Under the pieces are notes generated by a model, which did not search any database, was not told where the DNA came from, and saw only the letters and a list, made by a program, of their open reading frames with translations. DNA of 64,000 nucleotides from Rhina ancylostomus (taxonomy: Eukaryota): the NCBI GenBank assembly GCA_030265395.1, contig JARFYF010000036.1:15597299-15661298 (forward strand), written 5' to 3'. The number at the start of each line of letters is the position of its first letter. Within the stretch, counting starts at the first letter, position 1. A program made the position numbers and the translations under genes. Shown piece by piece: positions 52,040-64,000 of this stretch.

Positions 52040-53150
52040 ATGGAATAACCTCAGATCAAATATGGGTAGCTCTAAACTGGTCACCTGTGAGGCAATGTGG
52101 GCCACTGGCAACATCAGTAGCAGCAGAAATGTACACCAGCATATTTGTAACCTCATGGTCCGACATGGCCCTTACTCTACTATAACTTTCAAGCTAGGGG
52201 ATCAATCAAGGTTAAATGAGGAGTGCAGAGGGCATATCAGGAGCAGCACTGGGCACATGAGGTACCAGCTCAGTGAAACTGCAAAATAGGAATACATGAG
52301 AACAAAACAGTACAAACAACAGGCAATAGACAGAGCTAAGCAACTTCATAACCAACAGATCAGACCAATACTCTGCAGTCCTACTACATCAACTCTTGAG
52401 TTGTGGTAGGTAATTGAACACTAATAGGTGGAAGAAACTCCAAGAACTCTATTCTCAATATGGTGGGGCCCAGAATGTATGAATTTAGGCTGAGCATTAC
52501 AAGCATTTCCCAAGTGGTTGATCCACTTGGCTTCCATCAGAGATCCCCACTATTACTGAAATCAGTTTTCAATCAAATAAATTTGCTCCATTGAATATGA
52601 AGACATGGCTAAGAACATTGGATATAGCAAAGATTATGGAACCAGAGAATATGCTAGCTGTAGTACTGAAGACTACACTCCAATGACTAGAGTTATATCT
52701 CACATAAAGGAAGCTGGTTATAATTGTTGGAAGTCAATCATCCCAGTTGTAGGGCATTTCTGTAAGAGATCCTCGGGCAGTAATCTAGGTCCAACTATCT
52801 CCGTTTATCAATGACTTTCCTTCGCTCTTAAGGTCTGAAGGATATGCTTGCTGATGATAGCAAGCATTTCACCAAATGAAGCAGCCCACCCCAGCAATCA
52901 AGCAAGTACTGATAAATGGCAAGTAACGTTTACACCACAAAATGGTAAGCAGTACCATTCCCAACAAGAGAGTGTGTAGCTTTGATGTTCAATGGCAATG
53001 CCTCAGCTGAGTTCCTCATCATAAACATCCTGTGGAACACCATTAACTGGAAACTCAACCAAACCAGGGACAAGTTCAGGTCAAAAGCCAGGTTCTTCTG
53101 CAGCAAGTGATTCACCTCCTTGCACCTCAGAGCCTTCTCCCCTTCCCTTT
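52040..53150 (+). mobile_element. CR1-clade LINE ORF2 remnant (distinct subfamily)
   Basis: cctcgggcagtaatctaggtccaactatc..tttatcaatgactttcc..gcttgctgatgat (PQGSVLGP/FINDLP/FADD). Confidence 0.7.
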
Positions 53151-56100
53151 GAGTGTCAAAACAATTTAATTTGTCCTGTTGCACTTAATTAGTTAGTCCT
53201 GTGCCACCCTTTTTAACATTTATAATCTTGCTATCCTTTTGCCATGAGGTGACCTTCGCTCTTACTATTTTGAAAAGATCAGATACTATTTGTCTGCCTC
53301 GAGATTTGTCAAAATTTTTTTTTACCTTCAATTAAATTTCACTCTTCCTTTTTTCACCTTTCTTTCAGAAAGTAAAGCAAATATGGTTTGCATATTCCAT
53401 GTTAAATTAGAACAATGGATAATCAATAAGCAATTCTTCTTTTAATGCTCAGAATTATATTTTGATACCAGTCAGCTATTGTGGAACTTTGCGAACACCG
53501 AAACCCCAAAATCTTTTAATTGGTACTAGTTATTGAAATGTTGGGATTGTTTGCACCTGGAATGTGAAATCATTACCGCTGGGTCAGGCAGATGCCAACT
53601 CATGACCAGCGTGAGTGCATCTCAAAACAGAGCAACATTGATTTTGCTGGTTAACAGACCTTGCATTCTGAACTATATTTAATTTCATCCTGTTTGAATT
53701 CATAAACTTGCTGTGTAGAATTTTTGCGAACATGAAATTTGTGGGTTGCAGGTGACCCAAATACTCCGCAGCATGAACGGTTTGTGGCTGATATTGTCCA
53801 ACAATTTTTTGGAGGAGACTTCATTTGAAATCATTCCTGTTGAGGTGAATCCTGTCTAAATCAACAAAGAATGGTGTATTCTTGAATTACTGAATAGTTT
53901 CATGTTGCTATACTGGTGTACTTCCTTAGCAATATAGCTCACCTTGAGGTAGATTTTGGTACCTGCTAGTTATTTTTCACTGCATTCCTAGCATAAATAA
54001 ATGAGCAAAGTACATTTTCTTGAAACTGGGTATAGTTTTATTAATTATCAATTAAAGAGTTAAATAATAACTAAATGTCCATAATTCTTTGAAAGACAGA
54101 GTAGTGAGGAATTTTGGATGATTTCCATACTAACAGGAACAATCTGGAACTTTATAGCCTGTAAACTCTTTAATTAATAAAGGCAACCACTTCCAGCAAG
54201 TTTTCACTGGCTGTTGTCTTTGTATGGTGCTGTGATGGCAGTGGGGCACTGGTTTATAGCTTACCTTTGAAGACTGCTCTGGCTTCTTGCGCTTTTATTG
54301 AGTTTTTTAAAATAAATGTAACAAAGTGATGGTAACATCTGATCTTTATATTAGGAAAGATGCAATTACCAAAGGCTGACATAAGATTGTGGTGTCCCTA
54401 CATGGCAGCAAGTAATGAAATCTAGGTGTAATCAATCTGAAAATGTATGGATTTTGACTGACAATTTTTATGTAGCTCCTTTAAAGCTTTAAACAATTCA
54501 ATTTTTACTGCCATCGTAGCCAGATAAAGGTGATATGAGTTGAAGTTTTTTATTCACCTCTATGTAATGGTTTTAAAAATTTATTTATCACACATTTTAT
54601 ATTGACTTGCCTATGAGTTCGTCATTAATTACTACAGATAATTGAAGCCACTTCCAATCTTACTCATTCTATTTTCTTGATAGATTCAGAGGAAAATAGA
54701 ATTCTTGGAAAAGTGTTAAATGTGTAATTGCCAATAAAAATTTCAATCTAATTGAGACCAAGAGTCCTGCTTTAAGTGCGAAGAGCAATCTGGGCACATA
54801 TTGAACTCAAAATTGCTCTTTTTCAGAGGGGTTTTTTAGCTCAAATTTCTTCTCAAAATCATTTACATATCACTGCATGGAAATTCTATCATGAATCATC
54901 ATGATCAGGTAGCATTTTGCTTGTAACATTTTAAAAGATTTGACAAAATTCCTTTATATATTTGAGTGGTAACCTGGTGCAATTTTATTAATATGCCTGA
55001 AAATACGTTCAGCACTAAAGATCATGGAAATTCAGTTTGTGCTGGATATATTTTGCTGGCAGAAATTCCTCAATTTTTGAACTGTCATGTATTGTCTGAT
55101 GTAAGATGAATTGTTCTGAAAGAAACCAGGACAATCTAGCAGAAACTTCAGATCTTTATGCCAATAAAAGAAAGAGAGGGTGATATTCAAGAGCATGCTT
55201 GATGGCCTGTGCAGTAAAGCACTGCCTGGTGGGTTTGTAAACCACAATGTTACATGATCAATTCCTGACATGTGAAAAAGTTTGTTGATCAAGCCATGGC
55301 AGCAGTGAGGTGCTGCAAATAACTTCAGTTTCTCTGGGTTGGGAAAATAAATGAAAGGAAGCAAAAACATTCTAGAGTGGTGGAACTTCCTGTAGATAGA
55401 TTCTTTACTTCAGTCTTTGGATCACGTGTCTTTTGTGCTGGAAATAGGAATAGATCATGGCACAGTTCGATCAAAGAGTCAACTTGGGCTTCTTAAATAT
55501 TGAGTCAATAGTCTGTGTCCTTATTCAGATTAAGAATAGAGACAATAACAGGGAAGTAAATAGAGTGAACTAGAGTCAAATTCAATAAAGAGAATGAAAG
55601 GAAGGAAGTGCATTACGATAGAAAAAAAAGCAAAAGGAAGAGTAAGAAAAAAGTAATTAACACCTGAAAATGGCCTAGGAACAATTTACTACCTCTGGGA
55701 GTGAGATTCTTACAGCTTCACTGTTATGTTTCATCACAGAGGCTGAAAGGGAAATAATTTTTCTTGGGTGTTAACACAACTAATGCAGAAGCAACTCAAA
55801 TTGCCCAGCAAATTGTCTAATTGAAACTCGTGCAAATCTCTGCTATGCCACAAATTGATGGGTAAAGCTATGAAATTGCCACTAATTTTATCCCAATTTC
55901 TTTGGGCCGTTGGTTTTGGATCTGTTCCTAATTTTAGTCCAGTGGCCTCTAACAGAATGTGTGTCTGTGTGGTTAGGGCCCTGCTTAACTGTTATGTTTC
56001 TCTTGGTGAAATAGTCTACTGAGAATCATTTCACTCATAAAATAAAAAGGCCATGATCCAATTGAACTATGTTTAGCCAAAAAAGTCTTAAAGGGAGCAG

Positions 56101-56989
56101 ACAGAAGAATATGGACAAAAACATTTATCCAAGGATTAAATTTTTCTATTTATATTCAAAATTACTTCAAATTTTAGATTAAAAATTATTTGGTTCTCCT
56201 AATTTTCTGCTTTCTGCCCAATCATCTGCAGCTTAAGGAGACATCAGTAAAATCTGCAGAGATATGCATAAGCTGATCTCAACCAAGCTTCCACTAACGT
56301 TACAGTGGTTGATCAGAGACAGTTACCAGGAATTTCCCAATGGGCCAGCCTGAACATAACACAACAATACAAAACGATCTGTGCCACTTAAACCTTTTGA
56401 TGTTTGCAATTTGCTGTTCAGCAAAGCATATCTTGGGCAAATGTTTAGTTTCAACTCCACAATTGCAAAATGCAAACTTCAGATAAAAAAGAGCAATTGC
56501 TGTGCACAATCCCTGCTGTATAAATTCCTAGTATCATTCTTTTAACTGTAAATGATGGCAAACGGCTCCCGTTGCAATAATTAGGGAGGAAAATTTCATT
56601 AAGATGAGAGCCACATTGATTCCTCCACAGATGTAGCTAGGCAGTTTTAAAATGATTACCTTAAATTCATTTTCCTTTAAGAAAATAACGTAATTTATTT
56701 TTAAAAGGTGTGACTTCATTTTAGAATTTTTAATACTGCTATTTGGGAATTTTCATTGCTGGGTAAGGATTGACCCAGTTGATGATATTTATTTTTAAAA
56801 TGCTATTATTTTTTCCAGTGAGGGGAAATGTGTGTTCAAGATGTTTGGACTGCCTAAGTCTTATTATAATCCTGTCCATCCATCCCCTACATTTCACTCA
56901 AATGCATTTTCAAGCACTTAGCCAAACGCAGAAACTCTGCTGGCTAGAGCAATGATTAATAGATCAGGTTAGATGTACCAAATGTGGCC

Positions 56990-58230
56990 AAGCATCTTGA
57001 GAATAGAGACCTGGAAGATTATCTGATGAGGTGAAGGGGAATGGATTGGCTGGAAAGACAGAAAACTAGCAGAGAATATTGGCTGGTTTGAGAAAACAGG
57101 GAGAAATAATCAAGGGAAGTTTACATGGAGGTTAGAAGTGGATAATAATTTCCCTCAGGATTTAGTTCTGGCCACTATATTTCCCTATGATATCTCTAAT
57201 CTCTATATAACATTAGAGGGAAGAATATCAAGTTTTCCAGGTTATGTTAGGTTGAGTGACTAATTATTCATACATTTGAACATCAAAAGAAATGGATATT
57301 GATAAAATTGGAAATTAACTCAAAGAGTACCAGATGGAACACAATCTCAGAGAATGTGAATCAATGCATTGTAGTGAGAATATAACAACAACAGAAGTCT
57401 GAATGGAGGTAAGAGGCAGTGCTGGAGAAGAGTAAGGAGTTTAGGAGTACATTTTAATCAGTACTAAAGGTAACACCCAAAGTGAAAAAGATTGATAGAC
57501 AAAATCAATTAAACTTTAGTGTTTATCAAAATTACATAGAATATAAAAGCCAAGAAATAATGATGAGCTTAGATCAGACCTCTAAAAGACCTTAGTTTTG
57601 TGTCTAGTTTTCGGCTCCAAACTATAAGAATATTAGGGCGTTTGGGTGGATTCTCTGAGGTAAACCCAGCTACAAGGATGCATAAACATGAATAAAGATT
57701 TAAAATTACAATTTTGTCAGAGCCACAATGTTTACAAGGTAACATTATAAAAATGTTTAAAATTATGGAAGTTCGTGAGTGAATCAATAGATGGTTGTAT
57801 TAGTTGAAGGATCTTAAATGACGTCTAAGGTTCAGAACAGAACACTTGAGAAACTCCATTATGCAGAGAATCCTGAGGCCATGAAAGTCACTTCTGGGAT
57901 TCACAGATGAGGCAGAAGATATGGCTGGGGATTTCCTGAGAGTTACGTCTTGTCTACCGCTTTGGTTTCTTTGGAGATGCAGTAGAACATCCAAATGCAT
58001 GCACAAACTGATGGGGTACAACAGATAAAGTTACAGCAGTGAGGCCGGAGTATTTCAAAGGAAATTTCTGCCTTTGTCAACATTGCAGGGTACATTGGTT
58101 AGATGAATGAAGGAAAAGGGGATAAAGACAAAAGGGATTAGGTTGAGTAAATGTGAATCGAACTATGTTCATGTGAAGAGTTTGAGATGACATAGACTGA
58201 TTGGAATCGATGGCTTGTTGCAATGTTGTA
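56990..58230 (+). mobile_element. Highly decayed CR1 LINE
   Basis: ttccctcaggatttagttctggcca (PQGSVLGP-like), atagaatataaaagccaagaa, tctagttttcggctcca remnants in order. Confidence 0.55.
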
Positions 58231-59953
58231 ATTTCTCCATATTTTTAATAGTCCTAATACTGGCTGTATTAGAATTATTTCTCTGGTAGTCACATCCCTA
58301 AATGTTCTCAACCATGAAGGTTGCTTTACCTCTGCAATACTGCTTATATCAATCTGTACCTCTCCTCCTCCATCATTGAAAATCTCAAAGATGCAGACTA
58401 GAAGGGCTGAATGACCTGTTTTCTGTGCTGTAGTTTTCTACGGTTCTATGCTTCCTTTAAACTTACTACTCCTGTGCCCTCCATTTTGGCATTGCTTCCT
58501 CCACCCCTCATAAGTCTTATAAAATGCTGCTGGACATATTCTGTTTCTTTCTGACTTATGCTCACTCTTTATTCAAATCTTTGCTGATCTACGTGAAGTC
58601 CCTGACTTCTAATGTATTATATTCAAAATCCTTGCCTGCATTTTTTAAAATGCAGTCTTCTTCAGTCCCATATTAATCCTTGGCCCATTCCCATCCTCTC
58701 TTCTTCTGACTGTGTCCCTTTATTGACTGTGCTTCACTCTGCCCCCTCAATCAGCTGTCTGAATACTGTACTTTGGAAATCCCTCCCTTAACCTTTCTAT
58801 CTCTCCCCATTTAAAATAAATACCTCTTTTTTGTCACCTCTTTTAACCTCTATTCATATAGCTCAATACTCTTTTCCCATATGTCAGCCTGCAAAATGTC
58901 TTGAGACTTATTTTATGTTAAAGCCACTATATAAATAACATTATTATTTTTGACTCAATTCCAGACATATACAAACCTGTGATTAGGGAATGAGAGATTG
59001 CTCAATGAAAGGTCTTTATGACAATAAACAAAAGCCTGGTTCTAATGCCAAGTATATTCGGACTACTCTAGATACATTGGTGGGTAATACATACCTACCT
59101 GTGCTCCTTAATACATCATTAATAATAATGCACACCAGGGTCATTTGCAGCCAACTCCCTTATTACAGCAATGCTAAGAAAACTTGCTGTACCATATTTC
59201 TCATGGGCTCCATTAACAACCTTGCCAGTTGTTGGATAGTTGCTGAGTTTAGACTCAGTGCTACTTTCTTCTTCCCTGGATCACCAGTAAAGGAAATCAA
59301 TGAAATGATATTGGAATGCAGGGTAATGCCAACTGTGATGGAGCAAGTGAAAGGGCTGTAATACTGTAGTAAACTTAAATCCACTTAAAGACCAATTTGT
59401 ATTAAAAGCAAGTGTTCTAATCCCTAGACATGCTGAATTTAGTCCCCCACTTACATCAGATGAGATGAAGAGTTGTTTTAAAAACTGTGGAAAGGAAATG
59501 ATTGATTTTCCAGCAGGAGATCAGCAGGCTGGGTCATGTTCTTGGTTATCAATCAGGGTATAACAGGCTACATTTGTCTTTCACCCCTATATCCTTCCAG
59601 GCAGAATCTGTAGCATCCTTGATTTCCAAGGTTCATTCAGAGTGGGAGTAGTTGGATGTGGAGTGAGTAGTTGATCCAGAAAGAGAAGAACATGTTATGC
59701 CGTGTGAGCAATTTGACCTACAGCAAGGCTGGTTTAATCCATGGTAGATATCAACTCATTGTGTTTCTACCATTTAAGCCAGAAATTGCAAGTTTCATTC
59801 CTAAATGGTAGGTAGGCTGTTTGTGCAGTGGATGTTTCTGGGGTTGAATCCTCACAATGCTTAAAGTGCTGGAAGTAAAGGAAAGCTTGGACAGCTTTAT
59901 TTTTGATACATTCAATGCAGTCATTACAAAGCTTCACCATAAGNNNNNNNNNN

Positions 59954-60413
59954 AGCCCATCGAGTCTGCTCCGCCATTTGATCATGGCTGATTTATTTTT
60001 CGCTCTCAACCCCATTCTCCTGCCTTCTCCCCGTAACTGTTAACACCCTTACTAATCAAGAACCTATCAACCTCTGCTTTAAATATACTCAATGACTTGG
60101 CCTCCACAGCTGTCTATAGAAATGAATTTCACAAATTCACCACCCTCTGGTTGAAGAAATTCCATCTCATCTCAGTTCTAAAGGGACATACTTTTATTCT
60201 GAGGCTGTGCCCTCTGGTCCTAGACTCTCCCATTACAGGAAGCATCCTCTCCACGTCCACTCTGTCCAGGCCTTTCAATGAGATCCCTCGTTATCCTTCT
60301 GAACTCCAGCAAGTACAGGCCCAGAGCCATGAAATGCTCCTCATACATTAACCCTTTCAACACTGGGATCATTCTTGTAAACCGCCTCTGGACCCTCTCC
60401 AATGTCAAAACAT
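59954..60413 (-). mobile_element. Young CR1 3' end
   Basis: LERVQRRFTRMIPVLKGLMYEEHFMALGLYLLEFRRI; close to the 61200-61690 copy. Confidence 0.9.
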
Positions 60414-60513
60414 NNNNNNNNNNNNNNNNNNNNNNNNNNNNNNNNNNNNNNNNNNNNNNNNNNNNNNNNNNNNNNNNNNNNNNNNNNNNNNNNNNNNNNN
60501 NNNNNNNNNNNNN

Positions 60514-60965
60514 ACCCCACTAAAGCTATGTCCTCTAGTACGTGATATATCTACCCTGGGAAAAAGACTCAGATTGTCCACATAATTTTTATATACTGTC
60601 AGGTTTCCTCGCAGCCTCTGACGGTCCAGAAAAACAATCCAAGTTTGTCCAACCTCTCCTTATAACTAATACTCTGATCCAGGCAGCATCCTGGCGAACT
60701 TCTCCTGCACTGTCTCCAAAGCCTCCGCATTCTTCCTGTAATGTTGCGATCAGAACTGTACACAATACTCCAAATGTGGCCAAACCAAAGATTTATACAG
60801 CTGTAACATTGACGTTTATATTCACTGCCCCAACCAATGAAAGTAAATATGCCTCACACCTTTACTTACCCCTCTGTCTACTTGTGTTGCCACTTTCAGG
60901 GAGCTATGGACTTCGGCCGCAAGATCCCTCTGTGCATCAATATTCTTAAGAGTCCTGCCATTTAC
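60514..60965 (-). mobile_element. CR1 fragment
   Basis: caggcagcatcctggcgaacttctcctgcactgtctccaaagcctcc..cagaactgtacacaatactccaaatgtggcc. Confidence 0.85.
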
Positions 60966-61170
60966 TGTCTACTTAGAAGAACAACCTTTTCCACGAGCTC
61001 GTATTGAGCTTCATTGGAATGAGGAACCATAAGCAGTAGGTCTGCATGGGAGTTGGATGGAGAATTAAAGTAACAGGCAATAGGAAACTCAGGGTCACTC
61101 TTGTTGACTTGAATGGGGGTCTTCTGCAAAATGGTCAACCAATCTGTTTTTGGTTTCCTCGACACATGGT
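60966..61170 (-). mobile_element. Penelope-like element GIY-YIG endonuclease fragment
   Basis: Two frames: CVEETKNRLVDHFAED then VNKSDPEFPIACYFNSPSNSHADL..SNEAQYELVEK, matching YIGETKRRL.DRF.EH...V..HFNS...R.L.E. Confidence 0.8.
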
Positions 61171-61184
61171 CTTTCAATGTTCAT

Positions 61185-62895
61185 CATAAAACACAGGAGC
61201 AGAATTGGGCCTTTCTGTGAATTGAGTTTGCTCTGCCATTTGATCATGGCTAATTTATTGTTCCCTCTCAACCCCATTCACCTGCCTCTCCCTGTAGCCT
61301 TTGACACCCTTACTAAGCAAGAACCTATAAACCTTTGTTTTAAATGTACCCAATGTCTTGGCCTCCACAGCTCTCTGTGGTAGTAAATTCCACAAATTCA
61401 CCACCCTCTAGCTAAAGAAATTCCTTTAGAACAGAGATGAGGAGGAACATCCTTTTATTCTGAGGTTGTGCCCCCTGGTCCTAGACTCTCCCACTAATGG
61501 AGACATCCTCTTCACGTCCACTCTATCAATATTCAGTAGGTTTCAATAAGATCCTCCTCTCATTCTTCTGAACTCTAGTGAGTACAGGCTCAGAACCATC
61601 AAATGTTCCTCATAAAATATTGACTCTTTCATCCTTGGAATCATTTTTATAAACGTGCTCTGGACCCTCTTCAAAGCCAGCGTATCCTTCCTTAGATGTG
61701 GGGCCCAAAACTGCTTACAATACTCAAAATGTGGTCTTACCAACCCTGATAAAGCCTCAGCATTATATTCTTGCTTTTATATTCCAGTCCTCTCAAAATG
61801 AATGCTAACATTGCATATGCCTTCCTTACTACCGACTCAATCTGTAAGTTAACCATTAGGGAATCCTGCACCAGAACCCCCAAGTCCCTTTGCATCTCCA
61901 ATTTCTAAATTCTCTTCCTGTTTAGAAAATAGTCTACACCTTTATTCCTTCTACCAAAGTGCATGACCATACACTTTCCTATGCTGTATTCCATCTGTCA
62001 CTTTCCATATTTTCCCAATCTGTCAAACAAGTCTTTCTGCAGACTCCCTGCTTCCTCAACATCACCTCTCCCTCCATCTATCTTTGTATCATCTGCAAAC
62101 TTGGCCACAAAGCCATTAATTCCATCATCCAGATCATTAACGTGTAACATAAGAAGTAGTGGACCCATGGGGAAGACCACTAGTCACTGGCAGCCAACCA
62201 TAAAAGAACCCCTTTATTTCCACTCTTTGCCTTCAGCCGGTCAGCCAATCTTCAGTCCATGTTAGTACCTTTACTGTAATACCATGGGCTTTTATCTTGT
62301 TTAGTGGTCTCATGTATGGCACCTTGTCAAAGGCCTTGTGAAAATTCAAGTAAACAACGTCCACCGACTCTCCTTTTGTATATCCTGCTTGTTAAATCCT
62401 CGAAGAATTGCAATAGATTTGTCAAGCAAGACCTTCCCTTAAGGAATCCATGTTGAATTCGGCCTACTTTATCATGTGCTTCCAAGTATTCCAAAACCTC
62501 ATCCTTAATAATGGACTCTGGAATCTTACCAACCACTAAAGTCAGGCTAACCAGCCTATAATTTCCTTTCTCCCTCAAAGAATGCAGTGACATTAGTGAT
62601 TTTTCCATTCCTCTGGGACCATGCTTGACTCTAGTGATTCTTGAAAGATCCCTACTAATGCCTCCACAGTCTCTTCAGCTACCTCTTTCAGATCCCTGGG
62701 GTGTAGTCCATCTGGTCCAGGTAACTTATCCACCTTCAGACCTTTCAGCTTCCCAAGCACCTTCTCCTTAGTAATAGCAACTACACTCATTTCTGGAATG
62801 TTGCTGGTGTCTTCCACAGAGAAGACTGATGCAAAATACTTAGTCAGTTCATCCGCCATTTCTTTGTTCCCCATTAATACTTCTCCAGCGCCATT
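61185..62895 (-). mobile_element. 5'-truncated CR1 LINE with frameshifted ORF2 RT
   Basis: KLPGPDGLHPRDLKEVAEE, GNYRLVSLT..QHGFLKGRSCLTNLLQFFE, VNDLDDG..KFADDTK, VRPHFEYCKQFWAPHLRKD. Confidence 0.92.
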
Positions 62896-62964
62896 CATGG
62901 AGTGTTGTTGATACTGAATGTGGCTGCACTCATGTGCTCTTTCCCAATAACCTAGCAGAAGACC

Positions 62965-63150
62965 AACGTAGAGTATCTTCAAAGTCATAGGGTGATACAG
63001 CACAGGGCTCTTTGAACCATCGTCCATGCCAAGGAAATCCATATGATCACAGGGAGAACATGCAAATTCCACATGGACAGCACCATTGATCAAGATGCCA
63101 GATTTGTGAGGCAGCAGATGTACTGGCTGAACTACTCTGATGCCCCTGGG
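62965..63150 (-). mobile_element. HE1/V-SINE-like SINE
   Basis: cacagggagaacatgcaaattccacatggacagcacc..tgtgaggcagcag..ctactctgatgccc with a CR1-like tail near 62980. Confidence 0.65.
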
Positions 63151-64000
63151 AGATACAGATGGAATGGCTTCTGATGCTTTAGCCTAGAATCCACATGCTT
63201 GCTCGGTCATGCAGGAGTGTTTCTACCTGTTCACCATTGCTAACTCAGCTCAAAATTGTACTGCTAGAAGAATAATATACTAAAGGAACAGAAAAAGAGA
63301 AAGTCCTGTATGGAAAAGCAGACAAAGTGAAGGAGATGAGAGACAGACGGGAGGAGGAGTGAAGGGGGAGTGAAAGACACAGAAGTGAAGGTAAAAATGT
63401 TGTGGTCCGGTCACATTAAGGAGTACGTAATGCAGTGGGAGTTTTTAATCTGTCTTAGCAATAATGAACAGAGAGAGACACTCACACAGGACAAGGCAAA
63501 CATGCAGTGTTGAATCATAATTTCGCTTGACTCATATACATTTAACCACATGTGGCAGACTAAAAGATACAGATTCAGATTCAGAACATATGCTGGAGTC
63601 AGTTGTAGAGCAAGCATCTTTTATTACATTGGTTATGAAAAATATTTTATCATAAGTGTGTTATCCAGTCTTACACTGTTGCGTGATTGTTTTCTACATT
63701 TTCTTTAAACATTGATTGTGAACTTGTAGTCTTGTTCCTTTATCCTCCAATTTCCCTAACAAGTAGATGGTATGCAAATTGATTAATTGTGTGCTTTCTA
63801 AAATTGGAGCTGAAAATCTATGCAGGACAGAATTTTTTTTTGCTGAGCATGAGCTTTGTCTACCCAATTAATGATTTCATCTTACCATATGTCCTGTTCT
63901 GAGATTTAAGGTATAATCCAACTTGTGGCATTTCAGAATATGATTTTAGTAATTAGTGTATCAGCTTGGAATAGAAAGTTGGTCGACCAGGCAAGTGATT

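Larger units (their letters stand above)
3501..60513. other. Ten assembly N gaps (3501-3628, 5579-6042, 15985-16314, 26230-26249, 31538-31637, 37191-37290, 40407-40506, 48258-48357, 59944-59953, 60414-60513)
   Basis: N runs, five of them exactly 100 N; mostly inside or beside repeats. Confidence 0.95.

Noticed and set aside
58100-58145. ag|ATG...GATAAAGACAAA as the next NFATC2 exon (DGQQIWEMEA..DKDK)
   Set aside because: No WE motif or proper frame and it lies in decayed CR1 tail sequence; the exon is presumably beyond 64000 or in a gap.

Overview
Vertebrate genomic DNA, almost certainly a cartilaginous fish (shark/ray-type CR1, SacSINE1/DeuSINE and V-SINE repeats) from a gapped draft assembly. 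The window holds the middle of an NFATC2 (NFAT1) gene on the + strand: five coding exons (9507-10533, 15182-15344, 30034-30236, 41205-41377, 45162-45302) with canonical GT-AG sites and consistent phases. They encode the calcineurin-regulated domain and most of the Rel-homology region; the first and downstream exons are not visible. The introns are full of decayed mobile elements: CR1, L2, Rex1/Babar, Penelope GIY-YIG, PIF/Harbinger transposase plus Myb, a Tigger-like MITE and SINEs. Most notable: five long palindromes that look like head-to-head Penelope termini carrying hammerhead-ribozyme-like CUGAUGA...GAAA cores, two Harbinger relics with opposite gene layouts, an NFATC2 regulatory domain retaining NFATC1-like motifs with a degenerate LxVP, and candidate intronic enhancers. 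Repeat family names and boundaries come from recognising motifs by eye and are approximate. No database searches were run.
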